Below the pieces are notes generated by a model. That model did no database searches. It was not told where the DNA came from and saw nothing but the letters and a program-made list of their open reading frames with translations. A stretch of 63,279 nucleotides of DNA, filler included, from Patellaria atrata CBS 101060 (taxonomy: Eukaryota): the NCBI GenBank assembly GCA_010093705.1. It is 13 parts of 8 records of this genome, joined end to end, with 100 filler letters (N's around TTAATTAATTAA, not from the genome) between each part and the next. Parts side by side here need not be neighbours in the genome. Positions count along the whole stretch, not along the records: positions 23,655 to 29,750 come from MU006090.1; positions 29,851 to 35,097 come from MU006092.1; positions 35,198 to 36,816 come from MU006093.1; 10 more parts are not named here. One strand, 5' to 3'. The position numbers and the translations under genes were made by a program. Of this stretch, positions 24,594 through 36,816 are shown one piece after another. Numbering within the stretch: position 1 is the stretch's first letter; each line of letters opens with the position of its first letter.

Positions 24594-27500
24594 TTACAAT
24601 TTTGGTTTCTTCGATATAAGGATAAAAGGGTCCTGAACTTGCAGCCCAAGTGTCCTGAAATAGTGTTGGTGACAGGAGCGTGTAGTTGGGTGATCCTTCC
24701 CAAGAACAGCGCTGTACCCAGCGTATGCTCTTCTGTATAAAGCACTAGATTCCTTATAGTGATCTTGATTTGCAAGTAGATAAGCAAGGGAGTACATGCT
24801 CGCCAGTGTGTCCGGATGCTCTGGCCCAAGCACCTTCTTATGCCGCGCCAGTGTTTGCCTGTACATCAGTTCTGCTTCCTTATACTTGCCTTGGCTGTTA
24901 AGCACTCCCGCCAAGTTGCTCATACTCATCAGCGTATAAGGATGCTCTGGTCCAAGCACCTTCTCACACTGCGCTAGCACCTGCCTATTTATCGATTCCC
25001 CCTCCTTGTACTTTCCTTGGTTGTTTAACATTCCCGCCAAGTTCCCCATGCTCACCAGCATATCTGGATGCTCTGGCCCAAGCACCTTCTCTTTTCGCGT
25101 CAGCGCCTGCCTGGTCATCGATTCCGCCTCCTCGTACTTTCCTTGGTTGTTTAGTACTACTGCCAAGTTGCCCATGCTTGTCAGTGTGGAAGGATGCTCT
25201 GGCCCAAGTACTCTCTCTTTCCGCGCCAGCATCTGCTTGTTCACCGATTCTGCCTCATCGTAATTGCCTCTGTAGTCTAGAACCAGTGCCAAGTTGCTCA
25301 TGCTCGTCAGCGTGTCCGGATGCTCAGGCCCAAGCACCTTCTCTTTCCGCGCCAGCGTCTTCCTGTTCATCGATTCCGCCTCCTCATACTTGCCTTGGCC
25401 GTTGAGCACTTGCGCTAAATTGCCCATGCTTGTTAGCGTGCAAGGATGCTCTGACCCAAGCACCTTCTCGTACCGCGTCAGTGTCTTCCTGTTCATCAAT
25501 TCCGCTTCCTCGTACTTGCCTTGCCTGCTCAGCACTCCCGCTAAATTACTCATGCTAGTTAGTGTGGAAAGATGCTCTGGCCCAAGAGCCTTCTCGCACT
25601 GCACGAGCATTTGCCTGTTCATTAACTCCGCGTCCTCGTATTTTCCCTGCCCTTCAAGTGCTCCTATAACTTCGTTCATGCTTGTAAGTGTCTGATCATA
25701 TTCCTTTCCCAAATTCTTTTCTCTCAATGAAAGCACCCGGCGGTGTGTCGTCTCCGCGGCGGAATATTGCCCTAGACTTGCTTGACATCGACCTATCCGA
25801 TCTAAAAGCGAGGCTCTTACTCTCTTGTCCAGCATGCTGTCTAGCCTAGCTACGTGGATTGCGTGAGGGAGGTATGTTATCCATATTTCCTTGCTCTGAT
25901 GCCCACCATATGGTATTAACGTCTCAAGTCGGGCCGCCGCTTTAGCTGTCCAAGCTGTCAACCCACCATGCTCATCCAACCACCATACCGAGGCCATGTG
26001 GACAAGCTGGTGCATATCAAAGAACTTCTCGCTTTCTAAGCTATGTAGGGGTCGCTGGCGTTCAGAGACGAATGCATATCCCTTTAGAGTTCCAAGCGCT
26101 TTAACCTGCTGCAGCAGCGAACCGCCGGGAGGTAACATGGTCTGGGGAATGTTGATGTGATCAATACATGCCATAAATGAAAGGTATACGCTAGCAAGTG
26201 GATCCTGCCTACATATCTGATCAAACGAGATATGCCATGTTTTGGCAATCGTACTTTCTAACCCTCGATACCTGCTGGGATCCTTAAAATGCTCACTAAA
26301 GAGCTCAGTCTGCGTATCTGCTTGTTGCAATAATGTAATATATCCGGATATTGATATTTGATTATTGCTGATAAAAGCGGCTGCTTGTATGATAGCAAGT
26401 GGTAGATATGTAAGTAACTCTAGCAATTCGCTAACGGCCTTCTCGTTATTAAGTAGCGCTTGATTTTCTATTCGTTGCGCTAGCAGCTGCCTAGCTTCAG
26501 CTTTACTCATCATATCTTTAAGCTCTAAGACACGACTCTGAGTTAAATCACTGGCTGCCTTTCTACTTCGTGTTGTGAACAGGATCTTGCCCCTATGACT
26601 GTAGGGGAGATAGTCGCTTAGTCGAGCTGAACGTGGATCGCCATCAATACTATCTATGAGGACTTCTGGGTCATTAGCATTGTCAATAATCATCAGCCAG
26701 GGACCCACGCTGTCTGAGCTTAATGTGTTCTTAACAAGTTGCTTGATATCTGCATTGTCTTCAGTAATCCCCGGTATACAGAGGCAAATTCCAATTTCTC
26801 GATATGCAAGCTCAAAGCTCTCTGGGCTAATAGCAGGTACCCAGAAAACTAGTCGTCTAGTGTGTCTGGCCAGCGCGCGATATGCAAACTCAAGGGCAAG
26901 TGCTGATTTGCCGCAACCTCCTAGACCGTATATTGTTATGCGGTGAGTGTCAGAGAGGAGGAATTGTTCGAGAGATTGAAGCTGGTCTTCTCGTCCGACA
27001 AAAAGTTCGTTTCTTGGAAAAGGTAATAACGTGAAGACTACACATCGTTAGCTATGTAGTAACTTGGAAAGAAGAATGCTACTTGGCCTAGACTAGAATA
27101 TACCTGTTAAGTTCCGAAGATTTTCTATTCCCCGCCCTTTTTCCCGCTTCTGTATCTCCTCTCTCAACCGTAGGGTTGCATATGCCTCTCCTTCTCCATA
27201 TATAAGCGATAAAAATACCCCGAAGATTCCCAGTAAACAATATACTTTGTCCTCTTTTAATGTTGTTGTGCGTTTTGCTACCCAGCTCATTCGTTCCTCA
27301 AAATTAAACTCGGTGAGACTCTGTCCTCTTAATGCTCCAATAGGAATTTTAGTGATATCATGAATTTCCTGCTCTAACGATGTCCTATTACCCAGATATG
27401 TGCCCTCATTAGAAAAGAACTCAACTGTAGCTGGTGCTAAAAGCTCTTGCAACGTCCAACCTCGTGTGAACCATCGACTCCGTTGAAAGGCTCCCTCCCA

Positions 27501-27881
27501 CGTTATCCGGAACACCTGGGCATTAATAACCTCATCCGGGACCTGGACGTCTGATAGATATACATAGCACTTACTTGCACGCTGATACCAGCGGAACATG
27601 GAATTGATGGCTGTGCTGAGCTCATCACTAGTAGATTTGTTGATGCAGCAGGTATCTACCCATGAATACTCGAGCCCATCGGCTGCTGCTCTCCCAACAC
27701 AGAAGCGAATTTTGGTGTAGCCTGTCTTGTCCTTGCCTGTGCTAGCCACCAGCTCATCATAAGTGACTTCTTGACCTTCAGTCCAGGTGTGTGATAAGAT
27801 GGCATATGGAGGAGGGTTATTATCATTGAAAGAAATCAGCTTGAATTCGCCCTCTGTTGAGTGTTTCAGCAGACGTATCAT
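24594..27881 (-). CDS. Fungal NLR, HET domain - NB-ARC - TPR repeats (about 1073 aa); exons 27881-27104, 27037-24594
   Basis: HET motifs YAILSHTW, WVDTCCINKS and SRWFTRGWTLQELLAP; 66-nt intron; FVGRE, Walker A GLGGCGKS, Walker B WLMIIDNAND, ILFTTRS, YLPLAIIQAA, FDMHQLV; about nine 42-aa TPR repeats; no internal stop. Confidence 0.92.
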
Positions 27882-29035
27882 GCTGCTAGTGTGATCTCTG
27901 ACAACCAAAGAATATTTCTTTAGTTTAACCGCAATGCAATTGAACTATTGGGCTGAGATAGGAAACGCAAAAAGTACTGTAAAAGTACATAGAGCTGCGT
28001 TATATGTCTTGAACTGCTTAACGCTTATACCGAAACTCGGAACGCATCGAGCAAGCTGCAATCTGGCGGTCGGGTGGGCGCTTAGGGCTGTGTAGTTGGT
28101 GGTCGCCGTTGGGATCTATTGTCCATAAGGCTTAGAAGTCTTGGCCAGGTTATGCATCGGGACACACCGTGCACAGCCGCCCACAAAACTGTACTATTGC
28201 CAGATGAAATAAGAGAACTGATATTGAAGCATCTATTGCTATCTACTGCAATGGGGTAGAAAGATTAAGCTGAAGATATCGCACCTGACTAAGCACTCAG
28301 TCGGGTGTATATGCTCTCCTCCTCCAGTCTCCTCTGGATCGGACACTTCAATCCACATTCTTCACTTTACATGCCATTACCACCTTACAGAAGAGGAGAA
28401 GAAAACCCGGATTTTATAAGGCCTTTATTGCTGTGGGCGCTTAGCTGGCCTGTAGCTAAGGTCCAGGAAGGACAAAAAACCTCACAACCAATTTTATCAC
28501 CTGCATTGGAGCTGAAATGCATTCCATTCAAATCAGGACGTTTATTCCGTAACCAGTTCTGAGAGTTGCAGACAATGCAGCCTCAGAATAGTGGAGCAAT
28601 TGATGGCCAAAGTGATGAGATAGAAGGCCTAGTAAAAGCTATTACGGGAGAGAACAGTCCCGCAAAAAAACTTTTTACTACTTTAACGTCAAAAAGCCCA
28701 CTATTAAAATCAGAAATCCATAAAGAACTCAAATCTGAAGGTTGCTGATAATACAGTCTCCAAGCAGGAGTGCTATTGATAATAAAAGAGATAGAAAAAG
28801 AGGAAATGAAAATTCAACATCACTGTCAAACCCAACCTTGACAAATCTAACCAACCAAACTAGGCAAATGAGAGCTGCAAAACCCCAACATCTAGCAGAG
28901 GATATTAATGGAAAAAACCAAGATGACTCTGATCACATGAAGTCGGGTGATGAATCAGAAACTGGTTCAGTAATCGAGTAATCTAAGCATAAACAAAACC
29001 CCTCCATTGCCATTAGTCTCATCTGTTGGGGTAAC

Positions 29036-29275
29036 TGTTAGATAAACTGGATCTGCAGGTGCACTGAATATATCGCTTGGTTTGCTACTACTGAGAGATG
29101 CGGACTATTTGTATACAGAACGAAGACAACGAGCATGAATCAAAGGAAACAGATAAAACAACACAGATAAATGTTGTGTTAGAGATCTGTTTTGATACAG
29201 TTTGACACAACGTCTCAAGCTAACATTCCATACCGCTATTTCCACTAGTCAGCATCAAATTTACCCGATAGTAAG
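29036..29275 (-). mobile_element. Copia-type LTR (diverged copy, interrupted by further TGTTAG-starting LTR fragments at 29276 and 29292)
   Basis: The reverse complement matches the LTR at 43797-44835 (CACCTGCAGATCCAGTTTATCTAACA). Confidence 0.7.
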
Positions 29276-29389
29276 TGTTAGATGGTGGAGCTGTTAGAGT
29301 ATTGGTTCTACCGGCAGCGACTAGGGCTAACGAGCTACTCGCTTACGTGGTATCAGCGTAATCAGGGTTACTAATCTGATACAGTACTA

Positions 29390-29750
29390 TTTTTTTTTCC
29401 CATTGTATTGTATTATCTACAATACTGCGCATGCAGCCTTCAAGCTATGGCGCAACTCCCTATATACATAAATCCCTTTTCAGGGCCCTTATATGCTTAG
29501 TGAAGTCTTCAGTAGCTTAACCCACTGATATTTTATATGCAAAGGAAAGTCAGTACGTTTAAACTCCATACACAGAAATTTGTTAGGAAACCATCTTTCT
29601 TCCTCTTTACCATCTCTTTTCTATTTCCAGTTCTATGCCATACATCTTGTTATCTTCTGTAGACTCTATGCTTCTACTCTATCTATATCTCCTACGTGTA
29701 TTAACCATCTTGCGGTAGAAATTTGAGTTTTTGCTAAAAACTTGAATAAC
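29390..29750 (-). mobile_element. Tad-like LINE 3' end
   Basis: Poly(T) plus the reverse complement of the shared 3' UTR. Confidence 0.85.
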
Positions 29751-29850
29751 NNNNNNNNNNNNNNNNNNNNNNNNNNNNNNNNNNNNNNNNNNNNTTAATT
29801 AATTAANNNNNNNNNNNNNNNNNNNNNNNNNNNNNNNNNNNNNNNNNNNN

Positions 29851-32800
29851 CCTCACTCGTTGTCTGCATGTTCCTACAACTTGTGGCCGTAACACTATCC
29901 TCCCCCTTCTCAACTCTTGTCCAAAGAGTTTGTTTCTTTTGCTTGGGTATATAATAGACGTGTCGCCCATCTATCAAGTCGTACGCACCTCTCTTTCTCT
30001 TTTTCCGAGATGCCAAAAGCTGAACCCCGTCCAGTCCGCCGCCGACGTTACGCTGCCCGTGTTGCTCTACACGGTCGTCCCATGCCGACTCCCTGTTCCG
30101 CTTGTCGTCGTTTCTCTCGTTCTTGTATTGTCGATATTCCTTCTGGTTTCTGTTCTGAGTGTCTCGCTCGTGGTTCAAAATGCGATCTTGTGGTGACACA
30201 AAAGGATTGGGATAAGCTCGATGCTTTAAAGGCTCGTACCCGCTCCGAGCTAGCTGCTGCTGAGGATGAGCAAGAATCCCTCCAGGCTCGTGTGCGTCGC
30301 CTTCGCAAACAACTTCGTTCTCTTGAGGAGAAGGAATTTGAAATGTCTCGCCGTGAGCTTGGTTCCATTGAGGAACTTGAGGCTTTGGAGCGAGCAGCTA
30401 AAGGGCAGCGAGCTTCCTCGGTCGCTCCTTCTTCCTCCGCTGTCGTGTCTCCTTCTGGTTGGTCTGGTTTGGATTTCTCTGCCCTCGAGGGTCTGGAATT
30501 CCCTGGTTTTGGTGATGAAACTGTTCAAGTTTCTGATCGCAGTTCGTCAAGTGTTTAAGTGGTTCCCACGTGTTATCTACGTGTTCGTAGCCTTTCCATT
30601 TTACTAAGTACTTATACTAACCATCTACTCGTTGCAGGTCTAAGATTCGTTCTACCTCGTAGATATCTTCTTCCTCGAGTTCTGTGGGTCGTGTTTGGAG
30701 TTTGGCGTTAGCATGTGCTGGTTTTAGGAGTGATACATGGAAAACTGGGTGTATCTTCATTCCTTATGGTAATTCCAACTCATAATTGACTTTTCCTTTG
30801 ACCTGTTTGATTTTAAAAGGGCCGATTTTCTTGTGGTCTAGTTTCTTGTTAGGTCTTTTGGTTTTGAGGTTTTTCTGTAACAAGTAAACTTTGTCCCCCC
30901 TTTTAAAGGTCGGTTCCAGCGACCTATGCTAGTTACTGTACTTCGTAGCTCTTATCGTCTGGAAAGCTATGTCTCGTGATAGCTGTGCGTGCAATTCCTT
31001 GATTTGCTCGACTTTTAACGCTGCTTCTTGTGAAATACTCTAAATTGTTCTCGGCTCACGATATGCTTCTGGTTCGAAACCATAGTTCGCATAGAAGGGT
31101 GAAACCTTCGTGGTATCGGATTTCGCGCTGTTGTATGCGAATTGTGCCATTGGTAGCAGCTCTACCCAGTTGTTTTGCTGGTAATTCACATAATTGCGTA
31201 AGTATTGCTCTAGAGATTGATTCATTCTCTCAGTTTGGCCATCTATTTGTGGGTGGAAGCTCGTTGATAGCTTATGGTTCGCCCCTAAACTCTGTACTAG
31301 AGTCTGCCAAAACGCTGATTTAAACAGTTTATCTCTATCTGAGATAATCTCTCTCGGCATCTAGTGATTTGCTAGCACTATTTTCATCACTAATGCTGCT
31401 ACTTGTGGTGCTGTCATCGTTGTCTTTACTGGTATGAAGTAGGTGAACTTTGTTAGTCGCTCCACGATAACCAATATCGCGTCATACTCTACTCCTATTG
31501 CTGGATCTTTGGATCCTGGTAGACCTGTGATGAAGTCCATTGTTATTGAGTCCCATGCTCGCTTTAGTGGCTCAATGTATTGCATTTGTCCGTAGGGTGC
31601 GTGTTTTACACTCTTATTCCGTGCGTAGTCATTACACTCTGAGATGACTTGCTTCACTGTACTTCTTACCCCCGGGAAATAGTAGTTCCTTAGGATCCTT
31701 TCCAAGGTTTTGTCAATGCCCTGGTGACCATACGCTGGTGCTTCATGGATCTCTTTGGTAAGAGTCTTTCGCAGTGTCATTGGCACATATACGAGCCCGT
31801 CGTATAGCCATGTTCCTTGAGCTGTTTATGTTGCCCTAGGGTCGTTACCCCTTCGGAACTCCTCTATCATACTGTCCTTCTGATAGGCATCACGAATTTG
31901 TTGTTCTCTCGTGGATTCGATTATTAGCATTGCAGCTAATCTTGGCTGATTGTAGGTGATCGCGTCGTTTTCTTTCTTTAGTACCGCGTCATGTACCGGT
32001 TTTGTTCCTTCTAGGTAGTCGGATCTTCTACTTATAGCATCGGCTAGTTTATTTTCAACTCCTAGTCTATGGAATATCTTGAAGTTGAAAGATACGAGTG
32101 TTTCTGCCCATCTTACTTATCTTCGATTCAACTTCTTTGTTGTGAGGAAGTTTGTCAGGTTTTGATGATCTGACCAAACTTTTACAGTGAACTTAGGTCC
32201 TTTAAGGTATGACCTCCACTATTCAAATGCGTCGACGATTGCTAACAATTCTTTGTCGTGTACGTCGTAATTTAGCTCTGCGGCCGTGAATTTCCGTGAA
32301 TGAAAGGCTACCGGGTGTAGTCGTCCTTTCTCATCTGGCTGACTTATACATGCACCTAGTGTATAATCAGATACGTTAGTCTCTAGCACTATCGATTTCT
32401 CTGGGTTAAATATAACTAAGATAGGTGCTATGGTGAACTTCTTCTTAAGTTCGTCGAATGCTTCCTAGGCCTTCTCTATCTAAATAAAGGTATTTTCCTT
32501 CTTTATTAACTCTGACAGCGGCGTTGTTACCTTCGAGTACCCCTAGATGAACTTTCTATAGTAGTTCGCGAAACCTAAAAACGATTATACATCTTTTACG
32601 TTTTTCGGTGTTGGCTAATCTTGGATTACGGCTATCTTTTTTGGGTCTACTCGTATGCCTTCAGTGGTAACGATGAAGCCTAGAAATTCCGTTTCTTTAA
32701 TATGGAATTCACACTTGTCTGGGTGTACTAGGAGTCTCTTTTCTCGTAGTTTCGTCAATACTTTCTTCACGTGCTCCCTGTGCTCTTCGAATGTTCCGTT

Positions 32801-35097
32801 CGTGTACACTAGCATATCATCTAGGTAAGTAATTATAAATACGTCCAAATACTCTCTTAGTGCATGATTAATCACTACTTGGAACGTTGCTAGGGCGTTG
32901 GTCAAGCCGAACGGCATCACTATGTATTCGTATAGTCCGAACCTCGTTCTTATAGCTGTCTTCCATTCTTCGCCTTCTTTCATTCTAATTCGATAGTAAC
33001 CGTCCCGGATATCGAATTTCGTAAACCATTTTACTCCTTATAACCTATCCTAGATTTCTGAGATTAAGGGCAATAGGTATCTATTCTTGACCGTGGCATC
33101 GTTTAGCTGTCTATAGTCGATATATAATCTCAGCTTACCATTCTTCTTTAGTATAAATAGAATCGGTGAAGCCATCGGGCTTTCGCTAGGTCGTATATAT
33201 CCCTTTTCTAAGTTGGTGCGGATATATTCTTCGAGTGCTTTATATTATTCTCTTGTCAACGGGTAAATTGGACCGGGTCGTAGTTTCGCACCCTCCTTTA
33301 GCACTATCTCATGATCCCACGTCTGGTGATCCGGAAGTACAGTCGCTATATCTTCCTCAAACAAATCTTTGAACTCGCTATACTCTTCGGGTATCTTAGG
33401 TTCTTCGGAAACCTTCTTAGCGTCTATTTTCCTAAGCTATACTACTCCTACGCTCTTAGGTTTGTTTCTGCAGATCTTTATTATCTTGTAGTGCGAAATA
33501 CGTCCTACGGATATACTAGCGTCCGTCTACTTAGTACGTCCTGTTCGCTTAACTCTATCCTTTCGTGAGGTGTCTTAGTTAATCTAGATACTTCTCGTCT
33601 TCCAGTTAATATCTAGGTTCACTATTTACAACCAGTCTATCCCTAGAATCATATCTACATCTCCTAGGTCGGTTATGGGGATGCGCTAAGTAGTTACCTT
33701 CCCTTGCACGTTGACTTCTACTGGTATAGTCCTAAAGTTAATCAGACCTCGTCTATATCCTGTTCCTTCGCCATTTCCTAGTCGCAACGGGACTGGATTT
33801 TCAAGTTTCGTGTAAGGTATACTCTTCTTTTCTACCCATCGGGGTGAGATGAACGAATCGGTGGCGCCGCTATCGACCAGCGCTGTCGTTCTCTTGCCAT
33901 GTATGGTAACATCTACCTAAAGCGTTCTATCATTGCTTCGTAGGGTCTTAAGGAACTTAGGAGCCATACTTCTCGATCGTTCCTGTCTCGAGTGGCTTAG
34001 TAGTTTTTTGCATAGCCATGCGCTAGGCAACCGGGTTCTATACACTCAGCCCAGTGTAGTCTATCGTGTCTATCGTAATACGGGCCTTTGCGGTGTTCTT
34101 CGCATTCGAGCTCTCGACACTCTCTCTTGATAACTACGTCGTGGCTAGGGTTGCTTTTGATTCCTACTCTCCACCTCTGTGCTATATGATAGTCACACCA
34201 CATGCCTCTCATTGCGCATTGTCCGAAGTCTTGTGTATCACACTTAGTAACGTGTTCGGGTACTTCTTTATCGTTTTGGAGTACTTTTGTCTCCCACGGG
34301 AATACTTTTCCTTTATAGAACTCTTCTTCTAATCCTCTATAGTACCGGCAATCCGTGCCATGTTCGCAGTCTTCCCACGTTGTTACTATACATCCTATAT
34401 GGATTAGTGTCCAATAGTGTCGCCTACACCTAAACTTGTCCATGCAGTCGAAACTATCGTACTTTCCATAATCGCCTATTGGTGGTTCGAGTTCTTGATT
34501 CTTCTCAGTTTTTCTTGTTTCATCTTCGTGGATTTTACATCCTTTCACCTGGCATTCGCCTTCAGGTAAGTGTATATGAGTAGGGTCTCGATCCCTAAAC
34601 TTCGCTATGGCCTTCTACTGTTTATGGTATAAGCAGTCATCCTCTTTACATTGCATCCATCGAAAGGCTAAACAGTCTTCTGCCCTCGGTGCAAGGTTCA
34701 ATTGTTGTTCTTCGACGACCGCGTCGGCACTGGATTCGGGTTCGATCGGTTCCCAATCTCGGAACTCTTGTTCGAGCCGTTGTTGTTGTTCCATAATCCG
34801 GTACGTGAGGCCTGGTCCGTCAGATGTTTATACTCTGATTCTCTGACCTTGATTCTGTGCTAGGCATTCTGATGCTGTGTGTGTACATATGTTTCCACAC
34901 GCCTAACATTGTTGGTTGTCTAAACGTTGTCGGAGTGTCTCCTCCTCCAGCCAGTTTCCTGCTGTTGGGAACGGCGTTGGTGGCCTGCTCACCCCCGTCT
35001 AGTATGGTAGCGGCATTTCCTCAATCTCTTCTTCTTCAAGCGATGAGACTGGTGATGGTGGTGTCAGGTGCATGACTCTGAGTTGCATACGTCGGTT
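29851..35097 (-). mobile_element. Ty3/Gypsy chromovirus family A, copy 1 (gag 3' part, PR, RT, RNase H, IN, chromodomain, PPT, start of 3' LTR); RIP-damaged
   Basis: ALVDSGAT (protease), YLDD (RT), integrase HHCC, ITMDFI, SDRD and HPQIDGQTER, GPF motif, chromodomain YLVKWKGY...TWEP; PPT at 29895-29910 next to LTR start TGTTACGG at 29894; many CAR>TAR stops. Confidence 0.95.
30010..30558 (+). CDS. Antisense accessory ORF of Gypsy family A: Zn2Cys6-like cluster plus coiled coil (182 aa)
   Basis: CSAC-x6-C-x8-CSEC-x6-C; TATATAA at 29948; homologous copy at 45005 with many synonymous differences. Confidence 0.75.
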   Translation: MPKAEPRPVRRRRYAARVALHGRPMPTPCSACRRFSRSCIVDIPSGFCSECLARGSKCDLVVTQKDWDKLDALKARTRSELAAAEDEQESLQARVRRLRKQLRSLEEKEFEMSRRELGSIEELEALERAAKGQRASSVAPSSSAVVSPSGWSGLDFSALEGLEFPGFGDETVQVSDRSSSSV

Positions 35098-35197
35098 NNN
35101 NNNNNNNNNNNNNNNNNNNNNNNNNNNNNNNNNNNNNNNNNTTAATTAATTAANNNNNNNNNNNNNNNNNNNNNNNNNNNNNNNNNNNNNNNNNNNN

Positions 35198-36816
35198 CAT
35201 CATCTTGCAGTGCGAAATACGTCCTACGGATATGCTAGCGTCCGTCTGCTTAGTACGTCCTGTTCGCTTGACTCTGTCCTTTCGTGAGGTGTCTTAGTCA
35301 ATCTGGATACTTCTCGTCTTCCAGTCAATATCTGGGTTCACTGTTTGCAACCAGTCCATCCCTAGAATCATATCTACATCTCCCAGGTCGGTTATGGGGA
35401 TGCGCTGAGTAGTTACCTTCCCTTGTACGTTGACTTCTACCGGTATGGTCCTAAAGTTGATCAGACCTCGTCCATATCCTGTTCCTTCGCCATTTCCTAG
35501 TCGCAACGGGACTGGATTTTCAAGTTTCGTGTAAGGTATACTCTTCTTTTCTACCCATCGGGGTGAGATGAACGAATCGGTGGCGCCACTATCAACTAGC
35601 GCTGTCGTTCTCTTGCCGTGTATGGTAACGTCTACCCAAAGCGTTCTATCGTTACTTCGTAGGGTTCTAAGGAACTTAGGAGCTATACTTCTCGATCGTT
35701 CCTGTCTCGAGTGGCTTAGTAGTTTTTTGCATAGCCATGTACCGGGCAACCGGACTCTACGCACACGGTCCAGTGTAGTTTGTCATGTCGGTCGTAGTAT
35801 GGACCTTTGCGATGTTCTTCGCATTCTAACTCTCGACATTCCCGTTTGATAACTGCGTTGTGACTTGGGTTGCTTTTAACTCCTGCTCTCCATCTCTGCG
35901 CGGTGTGGTAATCGCACCACATCCCCCTGATAGCGCATTGTCCAAAGTCTGTTGCGTCACATTTAGTAGCTTGCTCAGTGGTTTCTCCGCCGTTTCTAAG
36001 TACTTCCGTTTCCCATGGAAACACTTTTCCTTTATAGAACTCTTCTTCTAATCCCCTATGGTACCAGCAATCCGTGCCGTGTTCACAATCTTCCCACGTT
36101 GCTGCTACACATCCCGCGTGGATTAGCGCCCAGTAATGTCGTCTGCACTTCAGTTTGTCCGTGCAACTGAAACTGTCATACTTTCCACAGTCGCCTACTG
36201 GTGGTTCGAGTCCTCGGTTCTTTTCAAGTGTTTTCGTTTCACCTTCGTGGGTTTTGCACCCTCTTACCTGGCACTCGCTTTCAGGTAAATGCATATGTAT
36301 AGGGTCTCGGTCCCTGAACTTTGCTATAGCCCTCTGCTGTTTATGGTATAAACAGTCACCCTCTTTACATTGCATCCATCGAAAGGCTAAACAGTCTTCT
36401 GCTCTTGGTGCAAGGTTCAATTGTTGTTCTTCGACGATCACGTCGGCATCGGATTCGGGTTCGATCGGTTCCCAATCTCGGAACTCTTGTTCAAGCTGAC
36501 GTTGTTGTTCCATAATCCGGTATGTGAGGCTTGGTCCGTCAGATGTTTGTACTCTGATCCTCTGACCCTGATTCTGTGCTGGGCATTCTGATGCTGTGTG
36601 TGTGCATACGTTTCCACACGCCCAACATTGTTGGTTGTCTAAACGTTGTCGGAGTGTTCCCTCCTCTAGCCAGTTTCCTGCTGTTGGGGACGGCGTTGGT
36701 GGCCTGCTCACCCCCGTCTGGTATGGTAGCGGCATTTCCTCAATCTCTTCTTCTTCAAGCGATGAGACTGGTGATGGTGGTGTCAGGTGCATGACTCTGA
36801 GTTGCATACGTCGGTT
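35198..36816 (-). mobile_element. Gypsy family A, second gag-3'/protease segment (less RIP; gag open 36807-35716)
   Basis: Colinear with 33480-35097; zinc knuckle CWACGNVCTHTASEC, Cys/His repeats, A_AAA_AAC slip site, ALVDSGAT. Confidence 0.92.

Noticed and set aside
25006..25695. Plus-strand repetitive ORFs opposite the TPR region
   Set aside because: Shadow frames of the repetitive NLR coding strand.
23345..28192. Similar CCGTGCAC.G.CGCCCAC.AAA motifs at about 23370 and 28170 as ends of a transposon carrying the NLR
   Set aside because: They are in the same orientation and on different contigs; probably separate DNA transposon scraps.
28566..28981. Two short ORFs as a host gene
   Set aside because: Frameshifted, low complexity and cut by an LTR. 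Possibly a LINE ORF1 start, but not supportable.
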